DNA of 64,000 nucleotides from Eledone cirrhosa (Eukaryota). Both the position numbers and the translations under genes were made by a program. The DNA is taken from the NCBI GenBank assembly GCA_964016885.1, contig OZ024743.1:224192001-224256000 (forward strand), read 5' to 3'. The notes beneath the pieces were generated by a model. The model saw nothing but the letters and a program-made list of their open reading frames with translations. It had not been told where the DNA came from and searched no databases. This document shows, piece after piece, positions 26,112 through 38,370 of this stretch (the stretch's first letter is position 1; each line of letters begins with the position of its first letter).

Positions 26112-27496
26112 CAGTGGCGTAATAACGGGGGGGGGGGGGGCCTCCCCCGGGCTTTCCTGTCGGTCTAGGTGGGCCCCCTAGGCTATAATTCTAAACACAT
26201 AACTTATTACACGTGTAATTACGAATCCTTAACTACAACAACGTAAAGAAAACGCTTAATCTCTAATAAGACTAGAAGTTAAGACCAATCTCTTGTTTAT
26301 TTAAAAAATATAATATTTTGGATAAAATGGCAACTGCATCTAAAAGGTTTGCTACTAAATGTGAGCAAGTTTGAATTCATTTTCATGTTGAAGTTTTTTC
26401 AGAATTTACTTAAAAAGCTGCATTCTGTTTCACAATATTTGCAGAAGGAAGCTATTGACTTATATTCCTCGGACGTCATGATTAAAAATGTAGTAAAAGA
26501 AATTGAAGACATCCGCTCAAATGAATATTTTGACCGAACATTATCAGACGTTAAAAATCTCACCGAGCAATGTCAAGTTGAACCAGAGTTTACAACAGAA
26601 AAACGGAAAAGAAAAAAGAAGCGTTTTCATGACGAAAATGCCAGTGACGAACCTCATGAGAATGAGTCAGCATTTTACGTTTATTTCACTATCTTAGATA
26701 GAATCATTAGTAGCTTTAACGAACGTTTTGCCGACTTGCATGATCTAGTGAAGGATTTTTCGTCCTTGATACCGGTGCACTTCGACGACGACGACACATG
26801 CAATAGAGAGAGAATCGATAATCTTGTGAAATTCTACGAGGGTGACATCGAAAATTTCACTATCTTCGACGAGTATTTATCATTCAAAGATTTTTACAAG
26901 GAAGTGTATTTAGATAAATACATATCGAGTTCTGAGATCATTCCGTTTATGATTTCTAATGACTTAGATAGAGCCTATCCGAACGTCTTTGCCTTATACA
27001 AAATGTTCATAACTATTTCAGTTAGTATCGGCGCAGGCTGAGCGAACCCTCAGCAGGCTCAAACTGATAAAGAATTATTTGCGTAGTACTATGAGTGAAG
27101 AGCGGTTGAATGCTCTGGCAATGATGTACATAGAGCGAGAACTGGCTGAAAAATGTTCAAAGTAAAACATCGCAAATTAGATCTGTAGAACAAGTGATGT
27201 GAAAGTAAAGTTTTAGATGGACGATTTGTTGTACATACGAATTTTTGTTGGTGAATAATTGATTGCAAAACTAGTTTTATTGGATGTTCTTTTTTTTCTG
27301 AAGATAGACCACCATCTTCGCAGTTAATAAAGTTTTCACGGAACATGCTAACTCTGTAATCTATGATGCTGTCTACTCTATTATAAATTATTATCTATTC
27401 TATATATGTGTATGAACATATTTCCTTGCAGCCGATGGAAATGAGCGTATGGAATTGGTGGGCCCCCTCTGGCTTTAAAAGCTAGTTACGCCACAT
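26112..27496 (+). mobile_element. hAT-superfamily DNA transposon, internally deleted
   Basis: TIRs CAGTGGCGTAA / TTACGCCAC; flanking TGTGGAC duplicated (26105-26111 and 27497-27503); transposase C-terminus at 26349-27140 with a frameshifted dimerisation motif YPN..AERTLSRLKLIKNYLRSTMSEERLNAL. Confidence 0.88.
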
Positions 27497-29183
27497 TGTG
27501 GACGCTGGGTTTTTACTCCCAAAATGCATGGTGGTACACTTGTCGACAGCCAGTTTGAGTTGCCAGTCCATGATCCATTGTTGCATTGTGTGCAGGCAAG
27601 ATCTATAGTGTTCAGGATCTGTCCTTTTTATCTCAAGGTACACCTTGATGTCATCTGCATATTTCAGTACTGTGGCATTCTTTAAGTTGGCATCTATGTC
27701 ATTAATATATGCCACAAACAAAAGGGGGCCAGAACAGATCCCTGTGGTACACAAGATGACATCTCATATGGTGAGGAATGCTGTCCTAGAACCGTGATTA
27801 CCTCTCTTTGACTGAGAATGAAGGACTTCAACCAGTTAAAAAGATCATCCTTCACACCCATTGCAGAGAGTTTTGCCATAAGTCTTTTGTGTGGCACAGA
27901 ATTGAAAGCTTTAGCAAAGTCAAGGTAAACAACATCCACCCATGAGCTGCCATCAGTGATCCGGGTGATGTCTTCAAGAAACTCAATAAGTTGATCACAG
28001 CAGCTGGAGTTAGGGATAAATGTGAGAGTTCCAGAAGTTCCAAAGTGTTTCTCTGACACAGGATTCCATCAGTTTGGCAATGCAGCTAGTAAGATTTACT
28101 CGATGTTCACAGGTGATGTACGGTCACCCTTTTTGAACAGAGGAATGACACTGGCAGTTTTCTACTGTTCTGGAGTAGCACCGTTGTTCAGACAGAATTG
28201 GAAGAAGCGGGATAGCTGGTGCAGAAGAAAGTACCTACCACGTATGAGAAGCAGGTACGTAACACCATCAAGACCAGGAGACGCACAGTTGCATTTATTT
28301 TTTAGGTGACATCGCAGCATTGCAGGTGTAAATTCCATAGTTGTAATAGAATCCGATGTCAGAGGTGGTGGAGACGGTACACTCAGGTCTTCAATAATGA
28401 AAATGCCTGCATAGCATTCCGCAATGAGTTCTGCACATTCCTTGGGGTCGTCAGTTACCTGGCTTGTGTGGGGATTGCAAGGAGGACCAACTGGAGAGTG
28501 AGGCCTCTGCTTTGAGTGAACATACTTTCAGAACACCTTACTCTCAGGGCTGGTTGCTATGCGCTGCTCAAATTCAAGCACTACCTTTTTTGTCACCTGC
28601 TTGAGATGGTTGGATGATTTATTTCGTTTTTTCCTATTAGTGTCTGATTTATACAGTTTGTACTCACGTTCAGCATTACGATGTTCTTTTCTGGCAAGAC
28701 GGACTGTTGCAGTCTCCCAAATTGCGTTTTTTGAATGTTTTTTTCTGTTTACATGCACTGATGCTGCACATGCTGTCCATATTGAGTTCAGGATGTTCTG
28801 GAGTACAGTGTTGACATCCCGAGTCGTAAAACTCAAGCCAGTTTGGACGTTTGCAGTAACAGTTCCAGTCTGCTTTATTCCAGTCAAAGTGAGCAGTTTG
28901 GAGATGGTTGTGGTTTTTGTTACTGCCCATGAGGGATAGATTGGCAATGATCAGTCACCTAAAGGTTCCTCAGTAGTAACACTAATAACCATTTCAGGAG
29001 TAGTGATGAAGAGTAGGTAAATGAGGTAACACTGCACTATTTGATTGACAATCCATTAATATTATGTGTAGAGGATGTTTTATATATACAGGGAATGCAT
29101 GTGGCTTTATGGTTCCATTCTTGGACTGGGCAGTGCATTGTATTAAGCAAGACCCTTCATTTCACATTATGCTTCAAAATGTC

Positions 29184-29382
29184 CATGCTTACCGAAATTT
29201 GCCAACACTACGCCTGATATGCCCCCTCCTTACACACACACACGCATGTATCTGAGTGTATATCATGACTCATACACTGTTCACTATCCTGACATTTGTA
29301 CATTATTCTATGTACTATACATACACCTTTGATGAGTTGTAGTGCACCTGAGCACTGTACACAATTTTCATTATTATTATTT
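29184..29382 (+). mobile_element. CR1 3' end fragment
   Basis: Matches the CR1 ORF2 end and 3' UTR, with an (ATT)n tail. Confidence 0.8.
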
Positions 29383-30516
29383 TTCATGATATGACTGAGG
29401 CCCCAATCTATTAAAAGACCCAAGAAACTTACTACGCTTTATAATCTCATGGGAGGTCAGCTAAATCTACATATGTATGAGCTGTATTCATCTCTATTAA
29501 TACATTTGCTGTTTCAATCAGGTATATAGACATTTTTTTTCTTAACTTATTCATTAGAATTAGGGAAAAGGCCAACAAATTTATTGGTTGGAAGTGAAAT
29601 TTAAAAATTTGAATTGCAAACCAAAACTTACAACTTCAGCATAATTGAATTTACATATTTCTCTGTGGTTTGAAATAATTGTGAATATCATTAATTCATT
29701 GTCAACACTTATTTTTTCAATCTACAGAGAATTACATAAATTTGACATGCTTATCTATTGTATTGTATGGTCGCCATATTGACATACACCATCTTTTGGT
29801 CAATTTAAACCCGGTGGGACCCATCCCTCTCCAGGCCTGAGTGCAGCAGATTTCTTCCAAAGAGAGGAAGAATTGACCCCAGTACTAGACTGGTACTTTT
29901 ATTATTAACCTCGAAAGGATGAATGGCAAAGTTGACTTCGGTGTGATTTGAACTCACAGAGCCAGAACGAATTCCATAAACCATTCTATCCAACGTTCTA
30001 ATGACTGTGACAATTCGCTGCCTGTATATACTCAATATGTATATTTATATACATATTCTGTACAGATATGTATATAAATACATATTAATGTTTAGTTTGA
30101 ACCTTTCAAGGGGAAATATAGGAGAAATGGATGTAATTTTGGAGAAACATGAACAAAATGCAGAGTGAGATATGTGTGGTAAGATAATTGTTTTTAGCCC
30201 CAGGTCCATCCTGATTGAGTCCACTTGTAATCAAAAGCATTCCAGATATAACCATCTCATTTTTTTTTCACACAGCATATCTAGGACTACATTATTCAGG
30301 GTGTTTTTTTTTTAAGATGATGGGGTGTTTGGCTGTTATTTCTAGCAGTTAACAAGTCCTGAGTGCTAACCATTACACCATAGAATCTTCTATAAGATAG
30401 TTGTTGTTTAGTTCCAGGTCAGCCATGATTATAATACACAAAAAAACAGACATTTTATTTCTATCGTAATCAAGTGCGCTAAACCTATATTGTTTACATT
30501 CTGTGTTTTTCTACGG

Positions 30517-31887
30517 ATGGGTAGAAATAACAAAATTGCCATGGTGATATCCATCGATGAAATATGCGACAAAACCGGCCGATGTCCCAAGATAGAACAT
30601 TGCCCAGAAAATCACATCTGCCATATCTGTGCGGAACCCGAAAACTCGTTCCGTAATTGCTGGGTCGAATGTGGAACCTGTCGCATCTCTGTCTGCCTTC
30701 AATGCGCCACAGGCTTCCGGAGGATCCCAGGCCAAAAAAAGAGACATCATAATGCTATGATGGATGGAATATGGGAGATGGTCCAGCTAAAATCCTGGTC
30801 CTTTCAGTGTCTGGCCTGTGTGCCTGCCTCCACGAATGTTATTAATGTTATTGAAAAACAACAACAACAACAAAAACCAATGACTGTGTCTTCCTCTACC
30901 ATTGTTACTGAACAACGGCAAAAACCTATGACACTGGCTTCTACTGTTATTCCTGTGGGAGAACATCAGAAACAACAACAACCCATGTCTTCCACTCCCA
31001 GTACATCTCGACACCAACAACTGGTGACTGTGTCTTCCCCTACCATTCCCGTGGAGGAACATCATCACCAACAACAACAACAGCAACAACCTGCGACTGT
31101 GTCCTCCCCTGCCATTCCCGTGGAGGAACATCATCATCACCAACAACAACAACAACAGCAACAACCTGCGACTGTGTCCTCCCCTGCCATTCCCGTGGAG
31201 GAACATCATCATCACCAACAACGACAGCAGCAGCAGCAACAACAACAACAACAACCGACCAGTACAGATTTTGCGGAACTGCAACTAATGATTTCTGCTC
31301 TGAGAAGGGAAGTTGCAGGAATAGAGGCAAGCATTCGGGTAGGACCCCACAATGAGGGGTCTTATCGGAATGCCTTGCTAAAGAATCTCCCTGTACCTCT
31401 TGCTGGAAAGACTGAAAAGACTGCGGAATCTGCTACCCATGAAGTGATTGCCATTGGGGTACCAGAGGACAAGGCTGATCTTCAGGCATTTGCTGCTAGC
31501 TCAGCCAAAGACCTAGGCTGTGTTCCCCCAAAGGGTGCCCTCCGCCTTGGTCGACCTGGTCCAAAACCCAGACTCATCAGGCTGTCTTTCTCGGACCCCG
31601 CAGAGGCAACCTCATATCATCTGGCCTCTGCTAAAGCTGGGCGTGAAAATCGGATTACCTTCCGAACATGCCCAGGCCTACCACCCCATGTACGTCCAAA
31701 ACTACGTGCTGCAGCTTCCTTGAATCGGAACTCAGCACAAGATGAAAGTTTCAGTCTGCGTGATGATGGGCAGATCTGGAGGTTTGTCAAGGCTGGTGAA
31801 ACGTGGAAGAGAGATACCAGCTGGTCTGAGTGTGATCTACCCACAATAACTGGCAATGTAAAAACTGCTACAACTCTGGGAAACTAA
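30517..31887 (+). CDS. LINE ORF1 protein (PHD-like finger, polyQ/H repeats, CR1-type C-terminal domain)
   Basis: ATG at 30517; CHIC..WVECGTC..CLQC..FQCLAC; RLGRPGPKPRLIRLSF; ends GN-stop. Confidence 0.85.
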   Translation: MGRNNKIAMVISIDEICDKTGRCPKIEHCPENHICHICAEPENSFRNCWVECGTCRISVCLQCATGFRRIPGQKKRHHNAMMDGIWEMVQLKSWSFQCLACVPASTNVINVIEKQQQQQKPMTVSSSTIVTEQRQKPMTLASTVIPVGEHQKQQQPMSSTPSTSRHQQLVTVSSPTIPVEEHHHQQQQQQQPATVSSPAIPVEEHHHHQQQQQQQQPATVSSPAIPVEEHHHHQQRQQQQQQQQQQPTSTDFAELQLMISALRREVAGIEASIRVGPHNEGSYRNALLKNLPVPLAGKTEKTAESATHEVIAIGVPEDKADLQAFAASSAKDLGCVPPKGALRLGRPGPKPRLIRLSFSDPAEATSYHLASAKAGRENRITFRTCPGLPPHVRPKLRAAASLNRNSAQDESFSLRDDGQIWRFVKAGETWKRDTSWSECDLPTITGNVKTATTLGN

Positions 31888-31889
31888 AC

Positions 31890-34710
31890 CAGAACAACCT
31901 GCCACCCTCTACACACCATCATAAACTGCGAGCAGGGTACAAATTGTTGTCCTTAAATGCTCGCAGTTTATGCAACAAGATACATCTGTTCGAATCCTAC
32001 GTCAGAAGCATCGACCCTGACTTCATCACAGTCACGGAAACATGGGCACATTCCTTACTCTGTGATGGGGTTTTCACCATTACTGGGTACAACCTTTTCC
32101 GCAAGGACCGCATTAACCGCCGTGGTGGTGGTGTGATGGTCTACGTTCGTTCAAACTTTTCGGTAATTCCTTGCGTTGATTTGAACGAATCACAGGAAGA
32201 AGTTTTTTTCTGTGACATACGTATGACCATGTCAACACTTCTGCTTGGTGTTGTTTATCGCCCCCCAAACTACCATCAGGACACACAGCTTTGCGATATC
32301 CTCAGAGTTGCTGCCAAGAAAACAGCCACTTATGTGTTTATTGCAGGTGACTTCAATCATCCTGAGATCGATTGGGAAACCTTTCGTTGGCCACAGGGGT
32401 GCAAACGATTTCCTTGAACTAGTGCTGGACTCAAACTGGTCACAAGTAGTCACCTCTCCGACAAGAGGTGACAACACTTTGGACCTGATCTTCACCACTA
32501 CTCCTGAAGTGGTTATCAGTTGTACTACTGAGGAACCTCTAGGCGACTCTGATCATGCTATGATCATTGCCAATCTGGCACTTGAGGGCAGCAACAAAAA
32601 CCAGAGCCATCTCCAATCTGCTTGCTTTGATTGGAAGAGGGCGGATTGGAACTTGTACTGCACTGAGCTACAGCGCCCAAACTGGCATGAGATGTATAAC
32701 TCTGGAGATGTGAACTCTATACTCCAGAGCATCCTGGACTCAATATGGATAGCGTGTGCAGCATCAGTGCCACGGAAGCGGAAAAATAACCACCCCAAAA
32801 GTGCAATCTGGGAAACTTCAGCGGTCCGACTTGCCAGGAAAGAACGTTGGAACGCTGAACGGGAATATAAACTGCATAGATCAGATGCCAACAGAAAAAA
32901 GCGGAATAAATCTTCTAACCATCTCAAGCAAGTGACAAAGAAGGCAGTGCTTGAATTTGAACAGTGCATCGCAACCAATCCTGACAGTAAGGTGTTCTGG
33001 AAATATGTTCATTCAAAGCAGAGACCTCACTCTCCAGTTGGTCCTCTTCGCAATCCCCACACAAGCCAGATCACTGACGATCCCAAGGAATGCGCAGAAC
33101 TCATTGCTGAGTGCTATGCAAGTATTTTTACTGTTGAAAACCAGAATGTACCATCTCCACCATCTCTAACATCAAATTCCATAACAACTATGGAATTTAC
33201 ACCTGCAATGTTGCGACGTCACCTTAAGAATAAGCACAACTATGCCTCCCCTGGTCTTGATGGTGTGACATACCTGCTTCTCAAACGTGGCGGGGATTTC
33301 CTTTTGCGCCAGCTTTCTTTTTTCTTTCAATACTGTCTCAGCAATGGTGCTACTCCGGAGCAGTGGAAAACTGCCAGTGTCATTCCCCTGTTCAAAAAGG
33401 GCAACCGCATGTCACCTGTCAACTATCGTCCAGTCAGTCTTACTAGCTGTATGGCCAAACTGATGGAATCCTGTGTCAGAGAAACACTTTGGAACTTCTG
33501 GAGCTCTCACAGCCTCATCCGGCCCTCACAGTTTGGATTTATCCCTAACTCCAGCTGCTGTGATCAGCTTATCGAGTTCCTTGAGGACATCACCCGGATC
33601 ACTGACAGCGGCTCATGGGTGGATGTTGTTTACCTTGACTTTGCTAAGGCTTTTAATTCTGTGCCACACAAAAGACTTATGGCAAAACTCTCTGCAATGG
33701 GTGTGAGGGATGATCTTTTCAACTGGCTGAAATCCTTCATTCTCAGCCATAAGGAAGTAGTCACGGTTCTAGGACAGCATTCTTCACCATATGAGATGTC
33801 ATCTGGTGTACCACAGGGATCTGTTCTTGGTCCTCTTTTGTTTGTGGCATATATTAATGACATAGATGCCAACTTACAGAATGCCACGGTACTAAAATAT
33901 GCAGATGACATCAAGCTGTACCTTGAAATCAAAAGGACTGATCCTGAAATTTACAACTCTTTCCTACAATCAGACCTGGACACAATGCAGCAATGGATCA
34001 CAGACTGGCAACTGAAGCTGGCTGTGGACAAGTGTACCACCATGCATTTTGGAAGGAAAAATCCAGCGTCCACATACTCCCTCCACAACACTGACATCAA
34101 AAAGTCCTCTTGTGAACGTGACCTGGGCATTACTGTCAGCAACGATTTGCGTTGGACAAAGCATGTCTCTAAGATTGTCAAGAAGGCCGAGGGTGTCTTG
34201 GCATCACTCAGCAAGACCTTTGTTAGCCGCTCTCCAGCCATCTATTTAAAACTGTATACAGCTATGGTGCTACCACACTTGGAATTCGCATCATCAGTCT
34301 GGAACCCCTATCTTGCTCGGAACATTGACCTCCTGGAAACTGTTCAGAGACGTGCAACCAAGCGCATACCCTCCATCAGACACCTACCATACTCTGAACG
34401 CCTTGCTTCCCTGGGCATGGATTCATTGAAGCTCCGACGTCTGGCAATGGACTTGGTGAATACCCACAAAGTTTTTAACCATCTCGCCAACTGCAACCCT
34501 GAGCGCCTCTTTGATCTCCATGTGTCTAACACACGTGGAGATGCCTACAAGATAAGAAAACAGCACAGCTCCCATGACTTTCGCAGACATTTTTTCACGC
34601 TCAGAGTTGCTGAAGCATGGAACAAACTGCCTGCGTCAATTGTTAGCTGCCGAGACACTGCATCCTTTAAGACACTCATGCTTCCCGAAATACGCCAAAA
34701 CTACACCTGA
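31890..34710 (+). CDS. LINE ORF2 (APE endonuclease and reverse transcriptase), with one +1 frameshift at GGGG 32396-32399
   Basis: LNARSL, ETW, RKDR..RGGGV, YRPP, AGDFN, then SDH, NYRPVSL, YLDFAKAF, GVPQGSVLGP, YADD, FFTLRVAEAWNKL. Confidence 0.88.
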
Positions 34711-37439
34711 TGTGCCCCTTCCATACACATGCACACGTGTGTATCATGACTCGTGCACTGTTCATTTTACTGATGTTTGTGCATTGCCCTATGTACTGTA
34801 CATGCACTTTTTTGATGGGTTGTGGTGCACCTGGGCACTGTGCACAATATTTCATTATTGTTATTGTTATTATATCATGACTCATACACTGTTTATTTTC
34901 CTGACATTTGTACATTATTCTATGTACTATACATGCACCTTTGATGAGTTGTAGTGCACCTGAGCACTGTACACAATAATTTCATTATTATTATTATTAT
35001 TATAAGCATTCTTGTCTAATATGGATTTAGATTCATGACTGGATATTCTTTTGTGATTGATGTCTTAATGTCCCAAGTAACACCCATAAGCAACTGTAGT
35101 CTTTTTTATACAGCTGTATAAGGTGTACAGAAATCTTTCCTTACAATCAATGATGTATGACTGTAAGATATGGATGAATTTGTTTACCTGAGCTTGTCCT
35201 TCTAACTTCTGCTGTGCATGAACGATAAAGCACAAATGCACTAAGAGAAAAGCTGGGTATATATAAAAGGAATTAGATGTAGTGTCACAATAAAATGCAC
35301 CCAGTGCAGTTGGTGAAATAGTTGGAATTAGGAAGGACATCCAACTGTAAAAAGCATGCCAAAATATGGATCATATGAGTAAGACATGGTTATCCAACTG
35401 TGACAACCTATGCCAACATGGAAAATGGATGTAAAATGATAATGACGATGTATCTCCTCTTTGTACAAAGATATCTGAGTGCATATTTCTGGTGAAAATA
35501 TACATTGAAAGAGATATTATAGTGAATTTAAACATGAAGAAAAAAATTAGATAACCGGTTCCCCTCAATTCAGGAGCCAGTCATATTTTCCAGGGTTGAT
35601 GGGAAGAGAACTAACAGACTCACCCTTTGTCCTTGGGTTAGAGGTAGATGCCACTATAAACAACCCTTTTTCACATGTAGGATCACTACATCTTCTTCGC
35701 CTACTTATTCCTGAGAGAGTCATGGGGGAAGAGTCCTCAAACACTCCTTACAGCTTATCCTGTCAGAAACAGCCATCTCCAACTGACCAGCCAAGCTCAT
35801 GGATGTTATCCAACCAGCTTGCTCCGGGTCACCGCTGGTTGATGGAATAAATTATTGAAATACCATAATTTATCAGTAAATTGCATTTTTCAGTCTGTTG
35901 CACTTGTGATGTTTAGAGTAGCTTGGTTTAGCTGACAACAGTCTTTATCATCGCTGGCAACTCATCTTAGTGAAGTAACAGCTGATGTTCATGAGGGTGC
36001 TTGGCTATTTCAAGGAGAAGGTTTACTTCTTTCTAATTTATATTGATGTATTTCATTAACGAATTTAATAATTTGGAATGTTTTAATTTGAGGAATAACA
36101 TGAAAAGAAAAGTATAGACGTGAAATGATACAGCTATACGAAATATAAATAAAACCGTGTGGAAATCTGTCAAGAGGTGTAAAAAGAAACTTTTATATAC
36201 AAAGAAAGGTCTGGCTAAGGAGCTCGCTTTGCAACCACGAGGTAACAAGTTCAGTTCCACTGCTTGGGTTGACCAATTCCTTGTGACTGAAATTTGATAG
36301 ATGGAAACTAGAAGCTTGTCTGTCGTACACACCCGTGTGTGTGTCCGCGCGCTTGTGTGTAAGTCCTGTAAGTTATCGGCCCGACAAAAAGTGCTAGGCT
36401 TGGAAAATAAGTACTGTGGTTGATATGATGAACTAATATAGCCCTTTGGTGCGGTGCCCCAACGTGGCCATAGTCAAATGACAGAAGCCAGTAAAAGAAT
36501 AATACACTAGCAAAAATATAAAATAGTTTCATTGCATAACTCGGCTGTTTGATGAGAAGAGTGATGAGCCATATCTTATACGGTGCACTCGAAAAAGGTT
36601 ACCCATGTTTGTTTAAATCATGCAGAAAGCTTTAGTTTCGCATATAAAGTAAGCGTAACTTATATAGCCACATTTTTGCGTTGAAAACAAAAATTATGAT
36701 TTTTTAAAAAAAGCCATTTTAGTATTTTGTAATGTCTGGTATGTTGTTGAAATGAGAAACGGTGTAAATTCCAGAAGAATAATTAATTTAAAATAAGGAC
36801 AGGCATATACGGAGACTATTTTATTTAGATGATAATGTAAGGGAGATAACTATGTTTGATATTGCACAACTCTCAAGTGCGATGCATCAACTGATCTCAA
36901 TGTTTAGATGAGTAGTCGTGTTCCGGAATTGGTTTGTATTTCAACTTAATAAATCATAATCTAGTGTAGCAGTTTAAATTTAATATACTATAAAATAGTT
37001 ACGGTCATATGTATCTTATATATACTGACACTACAGTATATATAAAGAAGCATTAACATTATTCACTCTGAAAAAAGTGTATAGTGCGACGAAACTATTG
37101 ACAAAAAGTAATAAATGTAAAAGTGAAATTAATATTTTTTGTGTTTTTCATGGCTAAAACAACTGTTCTGGGTTGTAATTCCTTTAGTTTCAACATACGG
37201 TCTCTATACAAGTACAACTCAAATATTTTATAATTTTTGTGATACAAACACAAGTTGATCGATTTACGCTGTTTCTGAATCACTTTAAAACCGTACTTCA
37301 TAGACATCATTTTTTTAAAAACCCACTCAGCCCTAAATTTTGACTTACCTCCTTCACAAGGAAAAATTGAAAAAACTATTGTTCTGTGATAAATATTTCA
37401 AAGCAGTAGGAATTAATCAGAAATATAAAACTTAATTGA

Positions 37440-38142
37440 AGTTAATGCTTCTAGCATTTTAGGTTGCCGTAAATTCGAACCTACCTAGAGTTTCTGGTCG
37501 GACTGGGGAAAACTCCGTCAGAAGCACTCGGAATACTGCAGCAAGTGTACAGAGATGAGACGATGTCGCGCTCACGGGTTTTCGCGTGGCACAAAAGGAT
37601 CGAAAAGGGAAGAAAGGAGTTGGAAGACGACCCCAATAGCGGAAGGCATTTAACGAGCAGGACTGAGGTCAACGTTGAGCACACGAGGCAGGTGGTACAT
37701 GGTGATCCTCGGCTGATTGTCCAACTGATCGCAAATGAGCTGGGCATGAACTGTGACAGCGTTTGGAATATTATCACCGAAGATTTGGGTATGCGGAAGA
37801 TCTGCATGAAGAAGGTGCCAAAGCTGCTGAACGATAACCAGAAGGAACAGCACATGCAGGATGTCCTTGAGTGTTTTGAAATCAAATCAGACTTGCTGGG
37901 GACAGTCATCACCGGTGGTGTGTCGTGAATCTTCGAGTACGACCTGTTTTCTGGATGTGAAAGCCATTGATATGGCTGTGACGATGGAACTGCAGAGAAT
38001 CCTTCCATGATTGCATGGAGATGGATGGGAAAGTGCGTTAGAATTTAGGTGGATTATTTCGAAAGGGAAACTTGTAGTTTAGATTTGAAATATTCTTTTT
38101 GCGCCGCCCTCCCCAGTCCTGTTCCTTTTCTGACTCACCATA
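37440..38142 (+). mobile_element. Mariner-like transposase remnant
   Basis: HTH motif QQVYRDETMSRSRVFAWHKR..GR..LEDDPNSGR; KKVPKLL and VITG motifs; internally deleted; TIR-like right end ...TGACTCACCATATA. Confidence 0.75.
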
Positions 38143-38261
38143 TATAAACAATACTTGTAGTGTGTATGCCTTTTCATCTTAATTTCATTGCTATTGCTCA
38201 TTTACTTTTTGTATTCCTAGATATATTGTTTTCCAGTTTTAATATTAATTTACTGGTGAGA

Positions 38262-38370
38262 GTGGTAGATTGGCAGAATTGTTAGAACATCACATAAAAT
38301 ACCCTTGTTGTATTTGTTCTACCACAATAGCATTTTATGTAATGTTCTAACAATCCTGCCAATCTACCAC
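38262..38370. repeat. Inverted pair of SINE heads (39-bp arms)
   Basis: 38262-38300 against 38332-38370, two mismatches. Confidence 0.8.

Larger units (their letters stand above)
21400..29020 (-). mobile_element. 5'-truncated CR1 LINE split into three pieces (21400-21642, 25591-26111, ~27497-29020)
   Basis: The pieces are collinear with ORF2 and the 3' UTR of the element at 30450-35003; interrupted by an LTR element and a hAT element; contains frameshifts. Confidence 0.9.
30450..35003 (+). mobile_element. Near full-length CR1-clade LINE
   Basis: ORF1 plus APE-RT ORF2, 3' UTR and (ATT)n tail; only one frameshift seen. The 5' boundary is approximate. Confidence 0.92.

Noticed and set aside
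26349-27041. ZMYM1/ZBED-like host gene
   Set aside because: Lies between TIRs and a target-site duplication, lacks the N-terminal transposase region and is frameshifted, so it is a hAT remnant.
30787-31330. Poly-Leu/Val membrane-like ORFs on the minus strand
   Set aside because: Antisense of the CAA/CAT repeats in LINE ORF1.
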